A stretch of DNA of 64,000 nt from an uncultured Spirochaetota bacterium (GTDB lineage Bacteria > Spirochaetota > Spirochaetia > SZUA-6 > Fen-1364), in assembly GCA_963845535.1 (NCBI GenBank), contig CAWJSK010000021.1, forward strand, positions 32,001 through 96,000. Reading direction: 5' to 3'. Each line of letters begins with the position of its first letter. The first letter of the stretch is position 1. Shown piece by piece: positions 1 to 9,752 of the stretch. The position numbers were made by a program, and so were the translations under genes. The notes under the pieces are model-generated. The model did no database searches, was not told where the DNA came from, and was given only the letters and a program-made list of their open reading frames with translations.

Positions 1-867
1 GATATCCCCGCCGGTGGAGATGCCCCCGGCGATCCCGCCGGCATTGTTGGTGCGCGTCAGCATCCGGCCTTCCTGCACATACGCCTCGTCGTTGTACGCG
101 GATCCGCGCATTCGGGACACGGCGAACCCGGCCCCCACTTCCACGCCGCGGACGGCCCCGACTGACATGATGGCGTGTCCCAGGAGGGCCTCCAGCTTGT
201 CGAAGACCGGGTCCCCCAGCCCTGCCGGGCAACCGGAGGCCACGACCTCAGCGATCCCCCCCACGGAGTCGCCGGCAGCCCTGGCCGCCTCGATGACTTT
301 GATCATCTGCGCCGCCGCCTCCGCGTCGGGAGCGCGCGCGGGGTTCCTCTCGATCTCCGCGGGATCAACGCGCATTGCCCGCACCCCGCCGATCTCCAGG
401 CTGTAGCCGAGGATCGTGATGCCCCGGGTCGCAAGGACCTTCTTCGCGATTGCCCCCGCGGCCACGCGGGTGGCGGTCTCCCGGCCCGATGAGCGGCCTC
501 CGCCGCGCCAGTCACGCGTCCCGAACTTGGCCCGGTAGGTGAAATCCGCGTGACCAGGACGGAACACGTCCTTCAGCGGTTCATAGTCGGAGCTCTTCTT
601 TTCCTCGTTTCTGATGAGGAGGGACACCGGAGTGCCCATGGTGATGCCTTCGAAGACGCCGGAAAGGATCTCCACGCGGTCCTTCTCGGACCGAGGAGTG
701 GTAATGGCGCTCTGGCCCGGCCGGCGCCTGTTCAGCTCGCGCTGAATGTCCTCCGCCTCCAGGGGAGTCCCCGCGGGCACCCCATCCACGATCACCCCAA
801 TGGCCGGCCCATGGCTTTCACCGAATGTGGTAACGGAGAACAGTCGACCGAATGAGCTGCCCGGCAC
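1..867 (-). CDS. aroC: Chorismate synthase (3' part runs off the window)
   Basis: Manual reverse translation from GTG at 867 gives MPGSSFGRLFSVTTFGESHG, and later the RPGHAD and GGRSSGRET motifs. A GGGAGG RBS lies upstream. Missing from the ORF track because it has no stop in the window. Confidence 0.95.
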   Translation of the reverse strand, partial: MPGSSFGRLFSVTTFGESHGPAIGVIVDGVPAGTPLEAEDIQRELNRRRPGQSAITTPRSEKDRVEILSGVFEGITMGTPVSLLIRNEEKKSSDYEPLKDVFRPGHADFTYRAKFGTRDWRGGGRSSGRETATRVAAGAIAKKVLATRGITILGYSLEIGGVRAMRVDPAEIERNPARAPDAEAAAQMIKVIEAARAAGDSVGGIAEVVASGCPAGLGDPVFDKLEALLGHAIMSVGAVRGVEVGAGFAVSRMRGSAYNDEAYVQEGRMLTRTNNAGGIAGGISTGGDI

Positions 868-906
868 GAGACCTCCCTGCCGCGGTTTCTCACCGCAGCC
901 GTGTTT

Positions 907-1377
907 CTATACTGCCCGCGTGATGAGGTGGGTCTTGATGGCATCCACCCACTGCTCGGGATACAGGAGCCTGATGGAGATGCCGTCCTCTTTCCCCGAC
1001 GTGTTGAGGAACCGCACGACGACCCGGTGCCTTTCGGACCGCGGGCGCCCCCGGGGCTCTGAGACTCCGATCCAGGAGATGGATGCGCCCGGCACGAAGA
1101 GCTCCCGGTTGCCGACCCACGAATGGAAATAGAGCCCCGTGGAGAGCAGCATGAGCACCCCGAGGCTCCCGGCGTGCGTACGGCTTCCGCCGTTGCCGTT
1201 GCCGTTGCTCGCTCCGACGCGGGCGCCGGTGGCCAGCAGCATGGCCTCCCTGCCGAGCTCCGCGCGGACGTGGCGGAGAATCCGCCGACGGACGAACAGG
1301 AATCCGCACGCGAGGCCCACGATGGCAGTGCCGAGAAGAAGTCCGATCCACTCCAGCGCGGCGTAGAGGTTCTCCAT
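907..1377 (-). CDS. Hypothetical membrane-anchored protein, possibly with a PH/GRAM-like beta domain
   Basis: 156-aa ORF with an N-terminal hydrophobic helix, then a beta-rich region ending in an amphipathic helix (PEQWVDAIKTHL). Co-oriented with aroC. Confidence 0.7.
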   Translation of the reverse strand: MENLYAALEWIGLLLGTAIVGLACGFLFVRRRILRHVRAELGREAMLLATGARVGASNGNGNGGSRTHAGSLGVLMLLSTGLYFHSWVGNRELFVPGASISWIGVSEPRGRPRSERHRVVVRFLNTSGKEDGISIRLLYPEQWVDAIKTHLITRAV

Positions 1378-1479
1378 GGTTCAAGGGACAAAGTACTAGA
1401 AATCACAGTCACTCATCAAGACGCGACGGTGTTCTTGACGCCCTGGCGCGCTTCCCTCATGCTTTCAACGAGGTGTCGA

Positions 1480-2709
1480 ATGAAGCGACTCCCGGCTTTT
1501 TTCCTCGCCCTGCTCATGCTCTCGTGCTCGCGTCCGGCTCCCCAGGGGCGGATCGCTACCGTGGATCTCGTGCCGTCGCGCCAGAGGGCCCTTGCGCAAA
1601 GCGACTCCGAGCCTGTCGTCACCACGTGGCTCCCCGTGGGCATGTCCTTTGTCTCCGCCCGGGCGTCCATTCTCTATGGGCTCCTCGTTTCAGATTCTCC
1701 CGTGCTCGACGTCTCGCACAAGCCTGTCGGCGGGACGCTGCGCCGCGGCCTCCGCGTCACCATCGCTGACGCCACGCCGTGGGAGGCTGCCGGGCGGGAC
1801 TACAAGAAGTGGTACCAGGTGCGGGAGCAAGGCTCCTCGAAGGACGCCTGGGTTGATTCAGCGGACGTCGCTCTCATCACCGTGGAGAATGGCCCCCTGA
1901 GCGGAGGGTTCCTCGAACGCAAGATAGCCGTCAGCGGAGGTGAATCGGAGTACAACCTGCTCGTGCTCTGTGACGGGACCGCCGTGTCTCTCATCGACTC
2001 CAGCGCCATCGTCTTCCCGGACGCCTTCCACCCCTCCGGTGTGATGTCCGTCTCCCTGGAGGACGTAAACTCCGACGGCGCCCCGAAAGCGGTCGTGCGC
2101 GGCCAGACCATCGTGTCGCTGCAGTTCCTGGGGGCGTCGCCGCTGGCGTGGGAGGCGTGGCTGAAAGAGAAAGGCGGCTCCTGGGGCGTGATCTTCCGTT
2201 TCAATTCCAGCTACGGCACTGACCAGGGCAACTCCTACAGCGCCACCCGTCGCGTCTTCTCCTCCACCGGCGCCGGCGTCCTTGACACCGTGAAGGTGAC
2301 AACGGACATGGTGGAGACCATGGCTCAGGGGGTTTTCCACGCCACCATCGAGACCTTCTTCCTGTGGAACGGTTCCATCTACAAGGAAGACCCCGGCAAG
2401 GAGCTGCCGCAGGAAGCGTCCGTCACCGCCGCCACTCCGCTGAAAGCAACCCCGCAATCGGATGGAGAAACGGTGGAGAGACTCCGAACAGGGGACGCGC
2501 TTTTCGTTTTCGACAGAGGGGACAAGGCGGAAACCGTGGCCGGCCAGGCGGGCTTCTGGCTCCATGCAACGACTCGCCAAGGCAAAGATGGATGGATCCA
2601 TTCGTCGGCCGTGAAGCTCACAAAGATAGATCCCCTCAAGATCAACCGCGACATATTCCTGGGAAAGCCGGGATTCACCCCGTCCACGGACCAGCCTGCC
2701 AGCCCGTGA
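1480..2709 (+). CDS. Lipoprotein with SH3b-like domains
   Basis: Lipobox LLMLSC after ATG 1480 (GAGGTG RBS). SH3-like segments KWYQVR...DAWVDS and FWLHATTRQGKDGWIHS. Confidence 0.75.
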   Translation: MKRLPAFFLALLMLSCSRPAPQGRIATVDLVPSRQRALAQSDSEPVVTTWLPVGMSFVSARASILYGLLVSDSPVLDVSHKPVGGTLRRGLRVTIADATPWEAAGRDYKKWYQVREQGSSKDAWVDSADVALITVENGPLSGGFLERKIAVSGGESEYNLLVLCDGTAVSLIDSSAIVFPDAFHPSGVMSVSLEDVNSDGAPKAVVRGQTIVSLQFLGASPLAWEAWLKEKGGSWGVIFRFNSSYGTDQGNSYSATRRVFSSTGAGVLDTVKVTTDMVETMAQGVFHATIETFFLWNGSIYKEDPGKELPQEASVTAATPLKATPQSDGETVERLRTGDALFVFDRGDKAETVAGQAGFWLHATTRQGKDGWIHSSAVKLTKIDPLKINRDIFLGKPGFTPSTDQPASP

Positions 2710-3656
2710 CGCGCTCTCTTTTCTTTTCCGCGGCCTTTCTCCTGGTGACGATGATGACGCCAGAAGTATCGGCGCAGGAGCCGCACGGGGACACCCGGTA
2801 CCCGCTCACCGTGACCGACGAAAGTGGGACCACGGTGACGCTGCCCGCAGAGCCGCGCCGGATCATATCCCTCACCTTGCCCACGGATGAAATCCTCCTT
2901 TCCCTCGTGGACGCTTCCAGGATCCTGGCCCTCACGACGCTCGCCCCGGACCCGGCCATCTCCAACGTGGCGGCCTTGGCCACGAAGGTTCCCCGGGCCA
3001 TGACGCTGAACGTTGAGCCGATCATCGCCTTGCAGCCGGACCTCGTTTTTGCCGCAAGCTGGAGTGACGCGTCCCTCATTGGGCAGCTTCGTTCCGCGGG
3101 TGTGCCCGTGTACCTCGTGGCCAGCGCCACGAGCGTAAAGGCAGTGGAAGCCACCGTTGCCCGCTGCGCGCTTCTGACAGGGGAAACGGAAAACGGCGCT
3201 CGCATCGTTGAGCACATGCGGTCCGAAATCGAAGATGTGCGGAAGCGCGTCGGCGCCATCGCGAAGCAAAAAAAGCTGCGGGTGATCGACTTTACGAACT
3301 TCGGCGCGTCCATGGGCAAGGGAAGCTCCTGGGATGACATCGTCCGCTTGGCAGGCCTTGTGAACGCGGCGGACGGGATTGCCTCTGATGAGTGGGGCCA
3401 GGTGCCCATCTCCACGGAGAAACTGCTGCAGATCGATCCTGACATCATCATTCTTCCCGGCTGGGTCTACGGAAACCCCAAGGGCGCGGACGCCTTCAAA
3501 AGCCGTGTCATGAATGACGCCGCCCTTCGCGGGCTTTCCGCGGTAAGAGCAGATCGGGTGTATATGATGCCGGAGCGCCTCAGGTCATGCACCTCACAAT
3601 ACATAGCGGACGCCGTGGCGTGGCTGGCCCGCACGGCGTACCCGCAGCTCTTCTAA
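2706..3656 (+). CDS. btuF: Cobalamin/iron-siderophore ABC substrate-binding protein (BtuF-like)
   Basis: YPLTVTD...PRRIISLTLPTDEIL and NVEPIIALQPDLV motifs. Adjacent to cobUTS. GTG start overlaps the upstream stop. Confidence 0.75.
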   Translation: MTRSLFFSAAFLLVTMMTPEVSAQEPHGDTRYPLTVTDESGTTVTLPAEPRRIISLTLPTDEILLSLVDASRILALTTLAPDPAISNVAALATKVPRAMTLNVEPIIALQPDLVFAASWSDASLIGQLRSAGVPVYLVASATSVKAVEATVARCALLTGETENGARIVEHMRSEIEDVRKRVGAIAKQKKLRVIDFTNFGASMGKGSSWDDIVRLAGLVNAADGIASDEWGQVPISTEKLLQIDPDIIILPGWVYGNPKGADAFKSRVMNDAALRGLSAVRADRVYMMPERLRSCTSQYIADAVAWLARTAYPQLF

Positions 3657-3708
3657 GGGAGCATAGAACCCTGCTATAGTTCCGCGTCACCTCGGGAAAG
3701 GACGGGAC

Positions 3709-4252
3709 ATGCTTATCCTCGTGACGGGCGGGAGCAGAAGCGGGAAGTCCGGCTTTGCGCTGGAGACTGCCCGGCGCTTTGAAGGCCCGCGCGTCTTCCT
3801 TGCCACCGCGCAGGCCTCTGATGAGGAAATGAAGCGGCGAATCGAGACTCATCGCACGAGCCGGCCGGCGGACTGGTCGGTCGTGGAAGAGCCGCGGGAT
3901 GTCGCCAGGGCTTTGAAGGCTGCCATCGACCCCGGGGGTGCGAACGTCGTCATTGTGGACTGCATCACCGATCTGGATGTCGAATCTGTTGCTGCAGGAT
4001 GAAAGGTTCGGTGAGTCGCAGGCGGGGGCAAGGGCGCTTGAGCTGGCCGCCGCGGCAAACGGCACAGCGAGCGCCGTGATCATCGTCACGAATGAGGTTG
4101 GAAGCGGGATCGTACCGGACAACGCGCTTGCCAGGCGCTTTCGCGACTGCGCCGGCAGGGCCAACCAGGTCCTGGCACGGGAAGCGTCCGAAGTATATCT
4201 GTGCGTGAGCGGAATTGCGATCGCCATCAAGACGAGCAACAAAGGAGCATGA
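3709..4252 (+). CDS. cobU: Adenosylcobinamide kinase/guanylyltransferase, with an apparent 1-base insertion near 3970
   Basis: GGSRSGKS P-loop, ATA..DEEM..RI..H and VDCIT in one frame. WMSNLL, VTNEVGSG and FRDCAGRANQ in the next frame. Confidence 0.9.
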
Positions 4253-4253
4253 C

Positions 4254-5309
4254 ATGCGGGAACTGGCCGGCATCCAGGTGCCAAAGATAGACGAAGAGTC
4301 GCGGGCAAAAGCGGCCGAGCGCGTGGAGCAGCTTCTCATGCCGCGACGGGCTTTGGGAAGGCTGCTCGAGCTGGGAGAAAAGATTGCGGGCATCACGGGC
4401 TATGACGCCATGGACCTGGGGCGCAAGATGGTCGTGGTCATGGCGGGGGACCACGGCGTCACGGCGGAAGGGGTCAGCGCGTATCCCTCCGAGGTGACGG
4501 GGCAGATGGTCCGCGGATTCGCCGCGGGCGTTGCGGGGATCAACGTCCTGTGCAGGCACGCGGGCATCGAAGTGCGCGTGGTCGACATGGGATGCGCCGC
4601 GGACCTTTCGGACCTCGTTGCGCAGGGAGTCCTCACGGACGCAAAGGTCGGTCCTGGCACCCACAACATGCGCATGGGGCCCGCCATGAGCCGGCAGGAA
4701 GCCATCACGAGCATCGAGAGGGGAGCCGGCATAGCCCGGGAGCTGGCAAAAAGCGGCGTTCGGATGCTGGGAACGGGGGACATGGGGATTGGCAATACCA
4801 CGCCCTCCACCGCAATTGCCTCGGTGGTGGCGGGAGTGCCTGTCTCACGGATTGCGGGACGCGGAACCGGAATTGATGACGCGGGCCTTGCGCGAAAGAT
4901 CAAGGTCATCGAGGACAGCATCTCCGTCAACAAGCCTTCGAAGGCTGATCCCCTTGGGCTGCTGGCCGGCGTGGGCGGCTTCGAGATCGGCGGAATTGCC
5001 GGCCTCGTCCTGGGCGCCGCGGAGAGCCGCATTCCCGTCGTGATCGACGGCGTCATCTCGACTGCGGGGGCCGCCATTGCCTGGCTTCTTGAGCCGCGTG
5101 TGGCAGATTACGTTTTTGCAGCGCACCGCTCCGTGGAGGAAGCGCAGTCAGCCATGCTTTCCCTCATGGGTCTTGTTCCCATCCTCGACCTGGGGATGCG
5201 TCTTGGGGAAGGGACGGGATGCGCGCTTGCCATGCCCATCATCGAGGCGGGCGCCAAGGTGATACGGCAGATGGCCACCTTCGAAGAGGCCGGCGTATCC
5301 CACGGCTGA
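4254..5309 (+). CDS. cobT: Nicotinate-nucleotide:dimethylbenzimidazole phosphoribosyltransferase
   Basis: MAGDHGV, GDMGIGNTT, GGFEIG and LGMRLGEGTG motifs. Confidence 0.95.
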   Translation: MRELAGIQVPKIDEESRAKAAERVEQLLMPRRALGRLLELGEKIAGITGYDAMDLGRKMVVVMAGDHGVTAEGVSAYPSEVTGQMVRGFAAGVAGINVLCRHAGIEVRVVDMGCAADLSDLVAQGVLTDAKVGPGTHNMRMGPAMSRQEAITSIERGAGIARELAKSGVRMLGTGDMGIGNTTPSTAIASVVAGVPVSRIAGRGTGIDDAGLARKIKVIEDSISVNKPSKADPLGLLAGVGGFEIGGIAGLVLGAAESRIPVVIDGVISTAGAAIAWLLEPRVADYVFAAHRSVEEAQSAMLSLMGLVPILDLGMRLGEGTGCALAMPIIEAGAKVIRQMATFEEAGVSHG

Positions 5310-5316
5310 GTCCGGT

Positions 5317-6093
5317 ATGCGCGGATTCTTTTCTGCCCTTTCGTTTCTGACGATCATCCCGTTCCCCGACTCCCTGAAGAGCCGGGAACAAAACGGGATG
5401 TTTGCCGGCTACCCCGCCGCCGGACTGTTGATCGGCTGTCTCTTGTTGCTTCTTTTCCTGTTGGCGGGAAAGCTCTTCTCTGACTCGCTTGCCGCGGTCA
5501 CCCTCGTAGCAGGGTCCCTTCTCCTGACAGGGGCCATCCACCTGGACGGGCTTGCTGACTGCGCCGACGCTTTCTACGGAAGACGCCCCAGGGAAGAGAC
5601 GCTGCGCATCCTCAAGGACCCGAGGATCGGCACCATGGGCGGCGCGGCCATCGGCATCTCCCTGTTGGCGCGCTACGCCGCGTTCTCTTCGCTGGGCGCG
5701 CCCGTCACGCTGTGTGCGCTGCCCGTACTGACCACGTTTTCCCGAACCACGGTCCTGGTTGCCATGCGGTTCCTGCCGTACGCGCGCAAGGAAGGCGGGA
5801 TCCTGGAGACCCCGCGCGCGGGACTTCCGCGGCCGCTCCGAACCCTTTTGCTTGCGGCTCTCGTCATCCTTGCCGTGGGCATCCTGCTTCCCATCCCGAC
5901 CGTCCTTGCGCTGCTTGCCCTTGCTGCTTTCTGGCGCCTGTCGTGGAAACGGATTGGCGGCTGCACGGGTGACGTCCTGGGAGCGACAATCGAGATTGCT
6001 GAGATCGTCTTCCTGGCAGCCCTTGCGGCGCTGGATCACCTGGGGTTGGCAGTCGGATTGTTCTTCCCCTTGCCCATCCTCGCCGGTCTGTGA
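5317..6093 (+). CDS. cobS: Adenosylcobinamide-GDP ribazoletransferase (cobalamin synthase)
   Basis: TGAIHLDGLADCAD, KDPRIGTMG and GGCTGDVLGA motifs. Polytopic membrane protein. Confidence 0.95.
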   Translation: MRGFFSALSFLTIIPFPDSLKSREQNGMFAGYPAAGLLIGCLLLLLFLLAGKLFSDSLAAVTLVAGSLLLTGAIHLDGLADCADAFYGRRPREETLRILKDPRIGTMGGAAIGISLLARYAAFSSLGAPVTLCALPVLTTFSRTTVLVAMRFLPYARKEGGILETPRAGLPRPLRTLLLAALVILAVGILLPIPTVLALLALAAFWRLSWKRIGGCTGDVLGATIEIAEIVFLAALAALDHLGLAVGLFFPLPILAGL

Positions 6094-6097
6094 CCTT

Positions 6098-6129
6098 CTT
6101 CAGCCCTTCAGCTCTTCAGCCCTTCAGCC
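6098..6129. repeat. 8-bp tandem repeat CTTCAGC(C/T) x4
   Basis: cttcagcc cttcagct cttcagcc cttcagcc, lying between the convergent cobS and permease ends. Confidence 0.8.
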
Positions 6130-6958
6130 CGCCCATGGTCAGTCCCTGGATGAAGTAGCGCTGCGTCAGGAAAAACAGGAGCGCAACGGGCAGGATGATC
6201 AGGACGGAGGCGGCCATGAGGAACTGCCATTGGCCCATGACCGAGTAGCCCGATATCAGATACTTCAACCCCAGTGACAGCGTGTATTTGTTCTGGTCGT
6301 TCAAGTAGAGGAAAGGCCCCATGAAATCATTCCAGGACGCCAGGAAAGCGAAGATGGCAACCACCGCGAGCGCGGGCTTCGACATGGGGGCGATGATCCG
6401 GGTGACGACCTGGAAATGGTTCACGCCGTCCACAAACGCCGCTTCGTCGAACTCTATGGGGATGGACTTGAAGAACTGGTGGAGCATGAAGATATAGAAC
6501 CCGTTCCCGAAAAAGGCCAGGACCGTCAACGGCGCATACGTGTTGATGCCGTGGAAAAGCTTCCACTCAATGAAAAGCGGTATCATGGTGACGGTCTGCG
6601 GGAGCATGATGGTGGCCATGCACAGGCCGTACATGATGGTCCTTCCCCGGAACCTGATCCTTGCGAACGCGTAGGCGATCAGCGAGTTGCTCATGACCGC
6701 GCCCACGACGTTGAGAATGACAATGACAACGGTATTGACAAAATACCTGGCAAAAGGCACGACGTGAAAGAGGTCGAGGTAGTTGTTCCACTGGGGGACC
6801 CGGGGCAGCAGCCGGGGAGGCAGCGTGAAAATCTCCCGGGAGGTCATCAGGGAGCTTCGAAGAAGCCAGATCAGGGGAAACACGCAGAACAGGGAGAACC
6901 CTGCCAGGAGAATGTAGTTCAGGAAGCGAAAATCGGGCCCGGCGCTTTGCCGCCTCAT
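6116..6958 (-). CDS. Carbohydrate ABC transporter permease (MalG type)
   Basis: EAA loop (EFDEAAFVDG), WNDFMGP and C-terminal QRYFIQGLTMGGLKG. Confidence 0.93.
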   Translation of the reverse strand: MRRQSAGPDFRFLNYILLAGFSLFCVFPLIWLLRSSLMTSREIFTLPPRLLPRVPQWNNYLDLFHVVPFARYFVNTVVIVILNVVGAVMSNSLIAYAFARIRFRGRTIMYGLCMATIMLPQTVTMIPLFIEWKLFHGINTYAPLTVLAFFGNGFYIFMLHQFFKSIPIEFDEAAFVDGVNHFQVVTRIIAPMSKPALAVVAIFAFLASWNDFMGPFLYLNDQNKYTLSLGLKYLISGYSVMGQWQFLMAASVLIILPVALLFFLTQRYFIQGLTMGGLKG

Positions 6959-7869
6959 TTCTTCGTCTCCCCTTGATAGAAGACCCACCAGGAAGAGGTT
7001 CGGAAAATGATGATGGATATCACGGCGGTCATGATGAACACGAACCATGCCATTGCGCTGGCGTACCCCATCTTTGCAAACATGAACGCCTGCCGGTACA
7101 GGTGCAGCACATAGAACAGGGAGGCGTTTGCCGGGCCCCCGTTGGTCATGATGTACGGTTGCGTAAAAGTCTGAAATCCGCCAATGACGCCAATGACCAC
7201 GTTATAAAGGATGGTGGGGGTCATGAAGGGCAGGATGATGTGGCGGAACCGGTGGAACACGCCCCCGCCGTCGATTTCCACCGCCTCCGTGAGCTCCTTG
7301 GGGATGTCCTGGAGGCCCGCCAGAAAAACAATGATGATGTTGCCGATCCCCCAGATGCTCATGAGAATCAAGCTCGGGATCACCGTCTGTGTGCCGAACA
7401 CCCACTTCTGAGGCGCAAAGCCCAGGGACGTGAGGAGGACATTGAAAAGCCCGAATTGAGGGTTGTACAGCCACATCCAGAGCGCCGAGCTCACGATCAC
7501 CGGAACCAGGGAGGGAAGATAGAAAATCGTGCGGAATGCCTTGACGCCCCGCACCCTTGTGTTCAGGAGAAGCGCTGCCAGGAATGCGATGATCACCTGC
7601 AGGGAAACCCCGGCCCCCGTGAAGTACACGGTAACCAGGACGGATTGCCAGAACAGGGGATCACTCGTGAACATGTCGATGTAGTTCTTGAACCCGATGA
7701 AAACGGGCGCGGTGATCAGGTCCCACTTCGCGAAACTGGTAACGAGGCTCAGCCCCAGCGGGAAGGCGACCCAGAGGGAGAGCCCGAGCACCACCGGAGT
7801 GAGGAACAGCCAGCCCCAGAAATTGTTGTACCGGGACAGGAACCTCACGCGCCGCGTCGGCGCGCGCAT
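6955..7869 (-). CDS. Carbohydrate ABC transporter permease (MalF type)
   Basis: FIGFKNY, RTIFYLPS, LTEAVEIDGG and MTNGGP motifs. Start codon uncertain. Confidence 0.92.
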   Translation of the reverse strand: MRAPTRRVRFLSRYNNFWGWLFLTPVVLGLSLWVAFPLGLSLVTSFAKWDLITAPVFIGFKNYIDMFTSDPLFWQSVLVTVYFTGAGVSLQVIIAFLAALLLNTRVRGVKAFRTIFYLPSLVPVIVSSALWMWLYNPQFGLFNVLLTSLGFAPQKWVFGTQTVIPSLILMSIWGIGNIIIVFLAGLQDIPKELTEAVEIDGGGVFHRFRHIILPFMTPTILYNVVIGVIGGFQTFTQPYIMTNGGPANASLFYVLHLYRQAFMFAKMGYASAMAWFVFIMTAVISIIIFRTSSWWVFYQGETKK

Positions 7870-7874
7870 GGACT

Positions 7875-7900
7875 GGGAACGCGCCGCCAGGCGCGTTCCC
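7875..7900 (-). terminator. Intercistronic stem-loop after the SBP gene (mRNA stabiliser or attenuator)
   Basis: Perfect 11-bp stem GGGAACGCGCC-gcca-GGCGCGTTCCC. Confidence 0.6.
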
Positions 7901-7928
7901 GTCACGTGTCGATGTGTTTCTGTGCCGT

Positions 7929-9272
7929 TCACCAGGTTCCCTGCATGAGGTTCTGCTGCCGAATCTGATCCGCGGCTTTCTTCATTGCATCCTTCGCGGA
8001 AACCTCTCCCAGCCAGACCCTGTCCAACTGCGGGTTGACGCATTCGTTGATGATCTGGGTGTAGTTCTTCACCCTCACCTCGGGAATGGGCTGGGCAATC
8101 TTCATGGAGTCGAGCACGGCGGCCTTGAACTCGGGGGGATGCACCGGATTGTCGATCCATTTCTTCAGATCGATCGGGTCGCTGTACCAGGAAGCTTTTG
8201 TCGGCATCCACAATCCGCTCGTGTACAGGTTCAGCGTTTTGTCCGGAGTCATCATCCATTTGTGCAGCAGCCACGCTTCCTTGGGATGCTTCGTGGATTT
8301 GAAGATCACGGAAGCTCCGCTGATGTACATCTGGGCGGGCTTCGTGATGATGGGCAACGCGCCCATCCCCATGGGGAAGCCCATTTTCGCGATGTCCAGA
8401 AGCTCCCACTGGCCCGTGACGTAGAAGCCCAACTGACCGTTGGCCAGCATGACCGGGGGCGTGGGCAGGCCGGCCTGCGAGGTGGAAGACGGGTTCGTGT
8501 ACGGCATGACCTTCTGCTTGTTGATCAGGTCAGCGATTTTCTGGATGACGTCCACGGACTCCGGCGAATCGATCAGGACCTTCTTCCCGTCCGCGGAAAC
8601 GATTCCGCCGCCTCCGCTCCACAAGGGGGGCGTCAGCATGGCATGCCAGAGCTGGTAGCTCACGCCGTAGGTGGTGATCCTGTTGGCGTCGAAGCCGGTG
8701 TCCCCGGGGTGCTTGCCGTTGTTGTCGGTTGTGATCATCGTGGCGTACTTCACGAATTGGTCCCATGTCCAAGCCTTGCGGTAATCCGACGGCGGAAGGG
8801 GAACACCTGCCTTCTGCAAAACATCCTTGTTGTAGAACATGACCTGGCATTCCGCCGCAGTGTAGGCTCCGTAGATCCTGTCCTTGACCTTGAGCCAGAC
8901 CTGGGGGAGATAGTCCTTTGTCAGATTATCCTTCTGGACCAGGGTGGTCAGGTCGAGCATGTAGCCGGCGTCGGCGAACTCTCCGAACTGATCCGGCCGG
9001 AAGTAGCCCAGGTCAGGCAAGGTGTTCGTCTGGGCCATTGCTCTGAGCTTGGCCGCGTACTCCGTGCCGGAGATGTCACCCTGGATGTACATCGGCTCCA
9101 CGGTGATCCCGGGGTTTGCAGCCTCGAACGCCTTGAACGCGTCCTTCAATGCGGTGTCTTCGTTCACGCTTCCCCAGTACACGAACGTCAGCTTGACGTT
9201 CGCCGCGGTTACCGGAGAAACGGCAACGAGCGCAAGAAGCGCGCACGCCAGGATGGGCAGTAGTCTCTTCAT
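7929..9272 (-). CDS. Sugar ABC transporter substrate-binding protein
   Basis: Signal peptide, FEAANPGITV, FYNKDVLQKAGV and WTWDQF motifs. AAGGAGG RBS. Confidence 0.93.
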   Translation of the reverse strand: MKRLLPILACALLALVAVSPVTAANVKLTFVYWGSVNEDTALKDAFKAFEAANPGITVEPMYIQGDISGTEYAAKLRAMAQTNTLPDLGYFRPDQFGEFADAGYMLDLTTLVQKDNLTKDYLPQVWLKVKDRIYGAYTAAECQVMFYNKDVLQKAGVPLPPSDYRKAWTWDQFVKYATMITTDNNGKHPGDTGFDANRITTYGVSYQLWHAMLTPPLWSGGGGIVSADGKKVLIDSPESVDVIQKIADLINKQKVMPYTNPSSTSQAGLPTPPVMLANGQLGFYVTGQWELLDIAKMGFPMGMGALPIITKPAQMYISGASVIFKSTKHPKEAWLLHKWMMTPDKTLNLYTSGLWMPTKASWYSDPIDLKKWIDNPVHPPEFKAAVLDSMKIAQPIPEVRVKNYTQIINECVNPQLDRVWLGEVSAKDAMKKAADQIRQQNLMQGTW

Positions 9273-9365
9273 GGCTTCCTCCTTATTGCGAGATTACGAG
9301 CTTTCTATCGCTTTTTCCGCAGGTCACGAATCGAATATCTCCCCCCATTTCGCTGTGTAAGCGGT

Positions 9366-9743
9366 TCATCCTGAGTTTTTCATCTGGTGAAGGCGTACTC
9401 TGATAACAGCCTTCAGCGCTTTCTGCGAGAGCATGTTCAGTTTGCGTAGAATCCCATCTACTTCCTTTCGGTTCTTCACCCATTCCTGGAGGATTTCCGA
9501 TTCAGGCGGGTGAAGGAGTCTGGCGACAGATTTCCCCTTTTGCTTGCTGGTCCAATAGAGGTAGGGGCCATGCCGCGCCTGAGGGTCTGTGGCACATTCG
9601 CAATCCGCTCTGCCACAGGTCAGCCATCGTTCACTGATACTCCCGTTCCATATGAAGCCGATCTCGGCGAGCCGAGCAGCCACGCTATGAAACTGAGAAC
9701 GGAAACGTTGCAGAGTTTGCAGGTCGGAAGTCAGCCGATTCAC
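9366..9743 (-). CDS. DUF6788-like small Cys/His protein inside the IS
   Basis: GSIS...CGRADCEC......HGPY.YW motif followed by a predicted long helix. Lies between the TIRs. Confidence 0.8.
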   Translation of the reverse strand: MNRLTSDLQTLQRFRSQFHSVAARLAEIGFIWNGSISERWLTCGRADCECATDPQARHGPYLYWTSKQKGKSVARLLHPPESEILQEWVKNRKEVDGILRKLNMLSQKALKAVIRVRLHQMKNSG

Positions 9744-9752
9744 GAGTACCCC

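Noticed and set aside
1123..1479. N-terminal extension of the 528-aa ORF
   Set aside because: It overlaps the opposite-strand gene. The lipobox and RBS point to ATG 1480.
1378..3708. Cobalamin riboswitch for btuF/cobUTS
   Set aside because: The intergenic gaps are short and lack a recognisable B12 box.
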